A DNA stretch of 32,473 bases, from IMG/VR virus record IMGVR_UViG_3300017909_002523, positions 1-32,473 of that record; one strand, 5' to 3'. A program made the translations under genes and the position numbers. This DNA comes from a virus. Taxonomy: Duplodnaviria; Caudoviricetes. This document shows positions 17,556 through 25,378 of the stretch, one piece after another; positions within the stretch are counted from its first letter, which is position 1; each line of letters starts with the position of its first letter. The notes under the pieces were generated by a model. The model saw only the letters and a list, made by a program, of their open reading frames with translations, was not told the DNA's origin and did not search any database.

Positions 17556-17957
17556 CTATGCAGCTACATCTGTATATAGATCACTATTTGATAATTGATC
17601 AAATGATTCAAAGTCAAAGCCCTGGAATGCTTTTTCTAGCTCTTCATGGTAATTAGCAACAACAGAATGCGCCAATACATAAGATTCTTTTAGATGGATT
17701 ATTGATTTAACATCAATAGGTCCATTTTTCATAGCTTCTAATATGTGCTTGATAGCAAAAAACTTTGCTTCCTCGGTAATGGTTAGATGCCATTTAACAG
17801 ATACATCCCATGTGTAGGCTGTAGATTCTCGCCAATCTTTCACGGATTTCTTCTCAAGATTAACAATCTTATCTCTATAATCCGGATGGTGATAAGTTAA
17901 ACAATATAACCTGTCATATCCGTCTCTAACTATTTTTTTCATTTCTGATATTTTCAT
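17556..17957 (-). CDS. Hypothetical protein (133 aa)
   Basis: TAAGGGAG RBS. Confidence 0.75.
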   Translation of the reverse strand: MKISEMKKIVRDGYDRLYCLTYHHPDYRDKIVNLEKKSVKDWRESTAYTWDVSVKWHLTITEEAKFFAIKHILEAMKNGPIDVKSIIHLKESYVLAHSVVANYHEELEKAFQGFDFESFDQLSNSDLYTDVAA

Positions 17958-17993
17958 TTTTATTTACTCCCTTATATAAAATAAAATGGTTAT

Positions 17994-18035
17994 ACCACCA
18001 AAGCCCCATATAAAACGGGGCTTATTTATGGTGGT
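17994..18035 (-). other. Intercistronic two-tier hairpin (RNase III site or attenuator candidate)
   Basis: AAGCCCC/GGGGCTT inner stem and ACCACCA/TGGTGGT outer stem with a 5-nt bulge. Confidence 0.55.
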
Positions 18036-18039
18036 TAGG

Positions 18040-18303
18040 TTATGAATAATCCGCTATTAATCTCCAATACATTTTTTTAAGTGTTTCATCTTCTTCCAAT
18101 GTCCCGGCGAATTCGCATGATTTATGCATAATTTTTGCAAATAACAAAGTGATCTTGTTGTGATCGAATTTTGTTTGGCATGAATGAAACTGTTTTTCTA
18201 AAAGATTCCAAAGAATAAGGCTTTCTTCTTCTGTGATATCTATTGACATAGTTTCAGCCGGCTCAAAATATTTGCTAATCTCTTCTTGTTTTAATGTTTG
18301 CAT
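18040..18303 (-). CDS. First gene of the leftward (early) operon, hypothetical (87 aa)
   Basis: TAAGGGAG RBS directly downstream of the promoter. Confidence 0.75.
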   Translation of the reverse strand: MQTLKQEEISKYFEPAETMSIDITEEESLILWNLLEKQFHSCQTKFDHNKITLLFAKIMHKSCEFAGTLEEDETLKKMYWRLIADYS

Positions 18304-18332
18304 TTGTTTGCTCCCTTAATGTTTATATGTAC

Positions 18333-18360
18333 ATAGTATACTATATTATATATATGTCAA
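18333..18360 (-). promoter_or_regulatory. Leftward early sigma70 promoter with palindrome over the -10
   Basis: Perfect TTGACA-N16-TACTAT; palindrome ATAGTATACTAT at 18333-18344. Confidence 0.65.
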
Positions 18361-18420
18361 CATATTTGTGAAAAAAGAAGCAAAAAGATGTAGAATCAAC
18401 ATTTATATAGTAAAAGGATT

Positions 18421-18942
18421 ATGAGCAAAGAAATCACAAGCGGAAGAAAAAGAAAGCTTAAAGACTTGACCGAGGATGATTATAAAATGATTATGGAAGC
18501 CGCCGGGAATGGGTTAAGTGAGAAACAGATCGCATTGCTACTAGGTGTAAGTCAAAGCACAATAACTAGAGAAAAAAGGGCTAATAAGCATTTCGAACAT
18601 GCAATAAAAAAGGGAAGAGTAAAAGCAATAAATGCTGTTAGCTCTAAACTTTTTGATAATGCCATGTCCGGGAAAGAAACAAGCGCAATCTTTTTTTTGA
18701 AAAATCGAGCTCCGGACCAATGGAGCGATAGACAGGAACCTAGTACGACTATTAATTTAAATCAGATAATTAATGATGCTAAGGATAGAATCAAACCGCC
18801 GTCAAACATAAACATAATAGACGCCAAAAAAGCTAGTAATAAAAGCCCGGACCCTTTGATAACTAATCAAGCGGACCGCATGCATGCAAGCATGATTGAT
18901 ATTTCACTCAAAAAAGAATCAGAAAAAAAAGAAACAGAATAA
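18421..18942 (+). CDS. terS: Terminase small subunit
   Basis: N-terminal HTH (GLSEKQIALLLGVSQSTI), AIFFLKNR..W.D motif, directly upstream of terL. Confidence 0.8.
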   Translation: MSKEITSGRKRKLKDLTEDDYKMIMEAAGNGLSEKQIALLLGVSQSTITREKRANKHFEHAIKKGRVKAINAVSSKLFDNAMSGKETSAIFFLKNRAPDQWSDRQEPSTTINLNQIINDAKDRIKPPSNINIIDAKKASNKSPDPLITNQADRMHASMIDISLKKESEKKETE

Positions 18943-19033
18943 TTATGATTTTAAAATTCAAAATTAGCCCCCCGTCAAAATCAGAACGCCGGGCTGCGTA
19001 CGTGAAAGCTTTGCGATAATTTTTTTTTAATTT

Positions 19034-20566
19034 ATGAAATACGGTGCTAAACAAGAACAAGAATTAATGACTGAAATATGGTCATTGAATATCAAAGATA
19101 GTCCTCTTAATTTTGTAAAATTTGTCTTTCCCTGGGGACAAGAAGGTACCCCCCTTGAAGATTTTGATGGACCAAGGTCATGGCAAGAAAAAATTTTGAG
19201 AGATATTGGGGACCATATTGCTAGAAACCAAGTTCGTGATATGCCTGAAATGTTCAGACAGGCAATCGCTTCAGGCCGTGGTATTGGAAAGTCTGCATTA
19301 GTTTCTTGGTTAATTTTATGGATGTTATCTACCAGACTTGGTTCAACCATAATCGTAACCGCTAACACCGAACAACAGCTTAGAAGTAGAACATGGGCTG
19401 AATTAGGTAAATGGCTTACCCTGGCTATCAATTCTCATTGGTATTCAAAGACAGCAACAACCATAAAACCAGCAGGCTGGTTTCAAGAGGCGCTTGAAAG
19501 AGACCTAAAAATAGACACAGGATATTATTACGCACAAGCACAGCTTTGGTCTGAAGAAAATCCCGATGCATTTGCAGGTATTCACTCAAGTTATGGTGTT
19601 TGTCTGATTATGGACGAGGCATCCGGTATACCAGACCCTATTTATTCGGTATCAGAGGGTTTCTTCTCTGAACCTACCAAAGATCGTTATTGGTTTACCT
19701 TCTCAAACCCAAGAAGAAATACGGGCCCGTTTTACGAATCATTCCATGGCAAGCGTGCATTTTGGAAAACCATGCAGATTGACTCCCGTTCTGTAGAGGG
19801 TACTGATAAAGAACTGTTTCAAAAAATGTTGGAACAATACGGAGAAGATTCTACTGTAGCCCGTGTCGAAGTATTGGGTGAATTCCCCAGAATAGACGAT
19901 GATGCTGTTATCCCGATGGAGTTGATACGGGCTGCTGTAGATCGTGAGGTCACACTAACAGCAAGTGAACCGATTGTTTGGGGTCTTGATGTTGCTAGAT
20001 TTGGTGGTGATAACTCTGCGTTATGCATCCGTCAAGGTAATACAGTCTTTGAAGTAAAAACATTTAGATCAATGGACCTTATGCAACTCTGCGGTGCGGT
20101 CAAGCACTTGTATGACGATGCAACCGCCATAGAAAAACCCACTGAAATATTGATTGATGTTATTGGTATTGGTTCGGGAGTGGTCGACAGACTCAACGAG
20201 CTAAATCTACCGGTAAGAGGGGTCAATGTTTCTGAATCACCATCCACATCAAAGAACTATTTAAACTTGAGAGCACAACTTTGGTTTGATATGAAGGATT
20301 GGCTGGTGCAGCGTGACTGCCGTTTACCAAATGATGACGAGCTTGTCGCAGAATTGGCTGCACCTAGCTATAAATATACTTCAAGTGGAAAAATAAAAAT
20401 AGAGTCTAAAGAAGAAATGAAGAAAAGAGGTGTGAAATCACCTGACAAAGCTGATGCACTTGCCCTCACCATGGCAAGTAGCGCATCAAGTTTTAGTGGT
20501 GGATCAAATTATTTTGGGTATAATTTCAGAAAGGATTTAAAATCTCGTATCATACGAGTAGGATAA
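19034..20566 (+). CDS. terL: Terminase large subunit
   Basis: SGRGIGKS (Walker A), IMDEA (Walker B), SNP, GLDVAR and SPDKADA nuclease motifs. Confidence 0.95.
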   Translation: MKYGAKQEQELMTEIWSLNIKDSPLNFVKFVFPWGQEGTPLEDFDGPRSWQEKILRDIGDHIARNQVRDMPEMFRQAIASGRGIGKSALVSWLILWMLSTRLGSTIIVTANTEQQLRSRTWAELGKWLTLAINSHWYSKTATTIKPAGWFQEALERDLKIDTGYYYAQAQLWSEENPDAFAGIHSSYGVCLIMDEASGIPDPIYSVSEGFFSEPTKDRYWFTFSNPRRNTGPFYESFHGKRAFWKTMQIDSRSVEGTDKELFQKMLEQYGEDSTVARVEVLGEFPRIDDDAVIPMELIRAAVDREVTLTASEPIVWGLDVARFGGDNSALCIRQGNTVFEVKTFRSMDLMQLCGAVKHLYDDATAIEKPTEILIDVIGIGSGVVDRLNELNLPVRGVNVSESPSTSKNYLNLRAQLWFDMKDWLVQRDCRLPNDDELVAELAAPSYKYTSSGKIKIESKEEMKKRGVKSPDKADALALTMASSASSFSGGSNYFGYNFRKDLKSRIIRVG

Positions 20567-20569
20567 TTT

Positions 20570-22723
20570 ATGCAGGAAGAAAAAAAAGACGGTTACTCTG
20601 ATCTTGAAGTCGAAAACCAAGAAGAAAAAGTAAATACAGGCGAGAAAGTCATCGAATTGCAAGGGATACTGCAAAGTGAACTCGATGATGCTCAAGACTT
20701 CATTGATCAGATTGGAGAGGAGCGTGCTGATGCAACACGTTATTATCTTGGAGACGAGCCATCATCAGTATCCTCGCTGCAAAGCGAATACGTCTCTACA
20801 GATGTGCGTGACAGCGTGCTCTTCATGCTCCCCTCCATCATGCGTACCTTTTTTGGCACTAAAAAAATCGTAGAATTTGTTCCTAACGGTCCAGAAGACA
20901 TTCCTGTAGCCGAACAACAAACCGATTACATCAATCACGTCATTACTCAAAAAAATGATGGATTTAAGGTTATGTATGACGTGTTTAAAGATGCATTAAT
21001 CCGTAAAACTGGATTTGTAAAAGCATTCTGGGACGATTCGATCTCAGCAAGCACGCATGAATATACCAATATTGATCCTTTATCCTACCAAGCACTCGTA
21101 CTTGATGAAAACGTAGAGATTGTTAAAGAATCAGTCACCAATGAATCAATTACTTTTGTTGATGAAAACACCGGCGAAGAAATTACCCAAGAAAAACCAA
21201 CCTCATACGATGTCACCATTCGTAGAGTCAAAGGCAAAGACCAAGTATGTATTGAATCCATACCACCGGAAGAAGTCTTAATCTCAAGAAATGCTAGAGA
21301 TATTAATACGGCACCCTATGTCGCACATAGAATGATTAAAACCGTAAGCGATTTAGTTGCTATGGGCTACGATCAAGAAGAAGTAGAACAATACGCAGGC
21401 AGTGGCGGTTATTACGACACCGATGGCTATGAAGAAAGAGAGGCCAGAAACCCATTTGAAGAAATTACTGCCACCGACAGAAGAGACCCAGGTGCCAAAC
21501 AAGTTTTATACGTTGAGCATTATCTTTATTATGACTTAGACGATGACGGCATTGATGAACGCATCCGTGTTTGCACGCTTGGGAATGCGCTTGAAATTAT
21601 TAATGTTGAGCAGTGGGACGATTTACCCATTGTTATGTTTTGTCCGGACCCAGAACCACATACTTCAATCGGTTCATGTCCAGCAGACTACCTCATGCCG
21701 ATTCAAGCAGCCAAGTCACAAATTATGCGTGATACTTTAGACTCACTCGGTCACTCAATATTCCCAAGAATGGGTGTTGTTGAAGGCCAAGTTAATATTG
21801 ATGACGTACTGAACACTGATATTGGACAACCCATTAGAATGCGAGCACCTGGAATGGTTCAACCGTTTACGGTTCCGTTTGTAGGGCGTGAAGCTTTCCC
21901 GGTCCTTGGTTATCTTGACGAAGCTAAGGAAAATAGAACAGGAGTATCTAAGGCATCCGCCGGATTGAATGCCGATGCATTACAATCTTCGTCTGCGGCG
22001 GCGGTTGCCGCTACCATGTCTGGCGCTCAAGGCAGAATTGAATTGATTGTCAGACATTTTGCTGAAGGCATGAAAGATTTATTCAAGCTTGTTAATGGTT
22101 TGGTTATCAAACACCAAGAAGCGGTTGATATGTTTAGACTTAACAATCAATTTATTCCGGTTGATCCACGTTATTGGGACAGCGATAAAGATTTAAGTAT
22201 CAATGTTGCTATTTCTAAAACCAGTGATAATGAAAAATTACAAGCGCTTACCGCATTTGCAAGCAAGCAGGAACAAATTATTCAAAGTCTTGGACCTAAC
22301 AACCCAATGGTTTCATTACAACAATATGCAAACACCCTTGCTAAGATTATAGAGCTTGCAGGCTTTAACGATGTCACTAGCTTTATGAATACTCAGGTCC
22401 CACCGATTCCACCACAACCAGCAAAACCAGATGCTGCTGAGTTACTTGCACAAGCTGAAGCACAGAAGGCTCAGGTACAAGCTCAGAAAGCTATCATTGA
22501 TGCAGAAACCGATAGAATGAAGATCATCATGGACGATGATAGAAACAGAGACATCGAAGAAGCGCAAATTAGACTTAAAGCGGCTGAACTTAATGCCAAG
22601 TACGGCGCACAAGTCAATGTTGCAGAAATTAACGCATTAATGGAGAGAGATCGTGAAGCAATCAGGTCACTTGCAAAAACTCAAGCTCAAGGATTATTTA
22701 AGAACGCCAATGAAACTATATGA
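20570..22723 (+). CDS. Portal protein (P22-like, long C-terminal barrel)
   Basis: 717 aa after terL; ENRTGVS motif; Q/A-rich C-terminal coiled coil. Confidence 0.88.
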   Translation: MQEEKKDGYSDLEVENQEEKVNTGEKVIELQGILQSELDDAQDFIDQIGEERADATRYYLGDEPSSVSSLQSEYVSTDVRDSVLFMLPSIMRTFFGTKKIVEFVPNGPEDIPVAEQQTDYINHVITQKNDGFKVMYDVFKDALIRKTGFVKAFWDDSISASTHEYTNIDPLSYQALVLDENVEIVKESVTNESITFVDENTGEEITQEKPTSYDVTIRRVKGKDQVCIESIPPEEVLISRNARDINTAPYVAHRMIKTVSDLVAMGYDQEEVEQYAGSGGYYDTDGYEEREARNPFEEITATDRRDPGAKQVLYVEHYLYYDLDDDGIDERIRVCTLGNALEIINVEQWDDLPIVMFCPDPEPHTSIGSCPADYLMPIQAAKSQIMRDTLDSLGHSIFPRMGVVEGQVNIDDVLNTDIGQPIRMRAPGMVQPFTVPFVGREAFPVLGYLDEAKENRTGVSKASAGLNADALQSSSAAAVAATMSGAQGRIELIVRHFAEGMKDLFKLVNGLVIKHQEAVDMFRLNNQFIPVDPRYWDSDKDLSINVAISKTSDNEKLQALTAFASKQEQIIQSLGPNNPMVSLQQYANTLAKIIELAGFNDVTSFMNTQVPPIPPQPAKPDAAELLAQAEAQKAQVQAQKAIIDAETDRMKIIMDDDRNRDIEEAQIRLKAAELNAKYGAQVNVAEINALMERDREAIRSLAKTQAQGLFKNANETI

Positions 22724-22877
22724 TATTGAGGTTTTAGAAGGCGATATGGTGTATTGTGGTACAGAGATCAAGGCTAAAGATAGAGATCAGGCAATCCAAC
22801 TATTAATTTTAATGTCTGGCGGTCAAATCAATGAAGACTCACAGATATTAAGTTTTGAGGAGAAAACAATACACTAA
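22710..22877 (+). CDS. Hypothetical protein (55 aa)
   Basis: Likely start MKLYDIEV at 22710; TAATG-coupled downstream. Confidence 0.6.
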   Translation: MKLYDIEVLEGDMVYCGTEIKAKDRDQAIQLLILMSGGQINEDSQILSFEEKTIH

Positions 22878-23128
22878 TGGCGATTAAATACAGGGGCGAA
22901 ACATTTCAACGCTACAACCAACCCAAAAGAACACCGGGTAAGTCCAAGAAATTTGCCGTACTTGCAAAAGATGGCGATGATGTCAAATTAATTCGTTTCG
23001 GTGATCCCAATATGAGGATCAAGAAAAGTAATCCCGCCAGAAGAAAATCCTTTCGTGCTAGACACAAGTGCGATACCAACCCCCCAAGCAAACTAAGCGC
23101 TAGATATTGGTCTTGTAAGAAATGGTAG
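22877..23128 (+). CDS. Small basic protein (83 aa)
   Basis: K/R-rich; RRKSFRARHKC...ARYWSCKKW. Confidence 0.8.
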   Translation: MAIKYRGETFQRYNQPKRTPGKSKKFAVLAKDGDDVKLIRFGDPNMRIKKSNPARRKSFRARHKCDTNPPSKLSARYWSCKKW

Positions 23129-23141
23129 GTATAATCCTACT

Positions 23142-23243
23142 ATGGAAACATTAATAATAATTTTACTCGTAGGTGTTGTAGGTTATTTAGTCTATGACAA
23201 ACACCAAGATTACATCAAAGATAAAATAAATCGTTGGTTATGA
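23142..23243 (+). CDS. 33-aa single-TM peptide (METLIIILLVGVVGYLVYDKHQ...)
   Basis: Hydrophobic N-terminal half; ATGA-coupled to the next ORF. Confidence 0.6.
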   Translation: METLIIILLVGVVGYLVYDKHQDYIKDKINRWL

Positions 23244-23437
23244 AACGTAAGTTTGCCAAGGTTCCTAAAACTAAGCGAGGCGTGCCAAAAAAGTATGTCC
23301 GTGGTTCCAAGAACCCAAGCGCAACTCAAACCGAAATTAAACGTACAGCCAAACTTTACAGGGAAGGCAAGCTAACCAAAAAAATGATGGATCGAATATC
23401 TGAAATAAGGAAAAAAAGTGCCAAAAGGAAAAAATAG
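23240..23437 (+). CDS. Small basic protein (65 aa)
   Basis: K/R-rich, VPKKYV motif; ATG at 23240. Confidence 0.75.
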   Translation: MKRKFAKVPKTKRGVPKKYVRGSKNPSATQTEIKRTAKLYREGKLTKKMMDRISEIRKKSAKRKK

Positions 23438-23675
23438 TACCAAGACAACTTTAAAAAACATGTCTGATAAGTATGACGTACCGGTAGGTATTTTAAGAAA
23501 GGTCATGCGTAGAGGACAAGGTGCATTTTTTTCTAGTGGCTCAAGGCCTGGTCAAACCCCAATTTCATGGGGTATTGCAAGAGCTAGATCGTTTGCTTCA
23601 GGCTCTGGAGGCGCAAGAAAAGCTGACCAGGATTTATGGAAGCAAGTACAACAAAATAGAAAAAGGAGAAAATAA
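23418..23675 (+). CDS. Small basic protein (85 aa)
   Basis: RRGQGAFFSSGSRPGQT..WGIAR motif; GTG start with AAGGA RBS. Confidence 0.75.
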   Translation: MPKGKNSTKTTLKNMSDKYDVPVGILRKVMRRGQGAFFSSGSRPGQTPISWGIARARSFASGSGGARKADQDLWKQVQQNRKRRK

Positions 23676-23752
23676 TGCCGCCGTATCACAAAGGAAAAAA
23701 GAAATCAGTTAAGAAGCCAATGAAGAAAGGCTATAAAAAAGGTAAGAAGTAA
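23675..23752 (+). CDS. 25-aa Lys-rich peptide (MPPYHKGKKKSVKKPMKKGYKKGKK)
   Basis: AAGGAG RBS; TAATG coupling at both ends; 12 of 25 residues are Lys. Confidence 0.7.
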   Translation: MPPYHKGKKKSVKKPMKKGYKKGKK

Positions 23753-23871
23753 TGCCATATTCAAAGTATTCACCTAAACAAAAGAAACTTGCAGGCATAG
23801 CCCCGCCACGCAAAAAGATAACGGCTGCTGACTTTAAAAAACTTAGAATGGCTAAGAAGAAAAGAAAATGA
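23752..23871 (+). CDS. 39-aa basic peptide (MPYSKYSPKQKKLAGIAPPRKKITAADFKKLR...)
   Basis: TAATG and ATGA coupling. Confidence 0.7.
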   Translation: MPYSKYSPKQKKLAGIAPPRKKITAADFKKLRMAKKKRK

Positions 23872-24014
23872 AGAAAAAAGTAAAAGCTCCAAAAGGCTAT
23901 CATTTTATGAAAGATGGTAAAACTTTTAGATTAATGAAAAATAACGGTAAGTTTGTACCACACAAAGGAGCATCCACTTCGGCTGAGTTTGAAGTTATAA
24001 CTAAACACAAGTGA
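23868..24014 (+). CDS. 48-aa basic peptide (MKKKVKAPKGYHFMKDGK...)
   Basis: ATGA and GTGA coupling. Confidence 0.7.
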   Translation: MKKKVKAPKGYHFMKDGKTFRLMKNNGKFVPHKGASTSAEFEVITKHK

Positions 24015-24136
24015 GTAAGCCTGAAAAAAAAATTAGATTTGAAACCTTTGCTGAATTAAGCAAGTACATGGAGCAAAATACTAAAAGACAAAAACAAAAA
24101 AATGAAACTAAACAAAATAAAAAATCTAGTCACTAG
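24011..24136 (+). CDS. 41-aa basic peptide (MSKPEKKIRFETFAELSKYM...)
   Basis: GTGA coupling; fills the gap to the holin-like gene. Confidence 0.55.
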   Translation: MSKPEKKIRFETFAELSKYMEQNTKRQKQKNETKQNKKSSH

Positions 24137-24578
24137 CCTAGCACCTACCCTCGGTGCAGCGATTGGTGGCCCTTTGGGTGGTCAAGCTGGTCAAATACTA
24201 TCTCAAGTCTTAGGTGTAAAAAACTCTCCTGTAGAAATAGAAAAAGCTATAAATAATCTTACAGCCGAACAAATGCTTGAACTTAAAAAAGCAGAAAAAG
24301 ACTTTCAATTACAAATGAAACAGTTTGAGATAGATATTTATTCTTTAGAAACAGAAGATACTCAACACGCTAGAGAAAAGTTTAGCAATGATTGGACACC
24401 TAAATTCTTAGGATCATTAACCTTAGTTGGTTTCATTGGTTATATCTTTATGATTACAGCCTATCCAATAGATGACAGTTCAGACGATATTGTCATGCTT
24501 ATTCTTGGTTATCTATCAGGTATAGCTTCAGCAGTTATATCGTTTTACTTTGGATCAAGTAATAAGGAAAAGAAATAA
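24102..24578 (+). CDS. Putative holin
   Basis: N-terminal APTLGAAIGGPLGG, two C-terminal TM helices ending FYFGSS; near the endolysin. Confidence 0.65.
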   Translation: MKLNKIKNLVTSLAPTLGAAIGGPLGGQAGQILSQVLGVKNSPVEIEKAINNLTAEQMLELKKAEKDFQLQMKQFEIDIYSLETEDTQHAREKFSNDWTPKFLGSLTLVGFIGYIFMITAYPIDDSSDDIVMLILGYLSGIASAVISFYFGSSNKEKK

Positions 24579-24754
24579 TTTATCTTACCGAGATAAAAGT
24601 AACTACCTCTGACAATAAAGTTAAAATCTTTGATGGCGGCAATATTATTGCCAACTCATTTGAAGAAGCAGAAGTAAAAGCAAAAAAAATGAATCCAGAG
24701 TTAAAAGTTATAGGCGAACTGGTTGCTTTTGTTTCATGCATTTACGATAATTAG
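24575..24754 (+). CDS. 59-codon ORF with apparent ATA start (or decaying gene)
   Basis: Open frame filling the holin-endolysin gap; AAGGA 6 nt before an ATA overlapping the upstream TAA. Confidence 0.5.
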   Translation: MIYLTEIKVTTSDNKVKIFDGGNIIANSFEEAEVKAKKMNPELKVIGELVAFVSCIYDN

Positions 24755-24757
24755 GCA

Positions 24758-25138
24758 ATGAACTGGGACGATTATCCGAACTTTAACGAAAATGAATTTG
24801 CATGCCAGCATTGTGGCGAACATGGTATGAGCGAAGATTTTATTGCTAAGTTGCAGAAACTAAGATCAGACGTTGGATTCCCATTTAAAATTACCTCTGG
24901 ATATCGTTGCAAAGATCATCCGATTGAAAAGAAAAAAACAAACCCTGGAGCACACAGAGACGGCATAGCAGCCGATATTGGAGTAAGGGGGTCTAAAGCC
25001 TACGAGATTATAGAAAAGGCTCCTAAATACGGCTTCACAGGTATTGGAGTCAACCAGAAAGGCGACAGTCGATTCATACATCTTGATACCTCAGTGCAAA
25101 AGAACTACAGACCAAGACCTTGGATTTGGAGTTATTAA
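24758..25138 (+). CDS. Endolysin, peptidase M15 family
   Basis: EFACxxCG, ITSGYRC, H-x6-D (GAHRDGIAADI), FIHLD zinc ligands. Confidence 0.9.
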   Translation: MNWDDYPNFNENEFACQHCGEHGMSEDFIAKLQKLRSDVGFPFKITSGYRCKDHPIEKKKTNPGAHRDGIAADIGVRGSKAYEIIEKAPKYGFTGIGVNQKGDSRFIHLDTSVQKNYRPRPWIWSY

Positions 25139-25377
25139 TGGAAGTTTCAGGTTACATTGTTTGGAATATCATAGTAACTCTAATCTTGGCTCCTCTAGTT
25201 TATGGCATAAGAAAAAACGAAACAGAAATTAAGCGTGTTGATATTTTGGTCAACAAAACCAGAGAAGAAGTAGCCAAAGATTATTTAACAAGAAATGAAC
25301 ACACAATCGAGTTTCAAAGATTAATAGACAAAATAGACAAACTTGATGCTAAAATAGATAAACTAATAACAAATTAA
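25138..25377 (+). CDS. N-terminal TM plus coiled-coil protein (lysis-associated?)
   Basis: TAATG-coupled start MEVSGYIVWNIIVTLILAPLVYG; heptad C-terminus. Confidence 0.6.
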   Translation: MEVSGYIVWNIIVTLILAPLVYGIRKNETEIKRVDILVNKTREEVAKDYLTRNEHTIEFQRLIDKIDKLDAKIDKLITN

Positions 25378-25378
25378 T

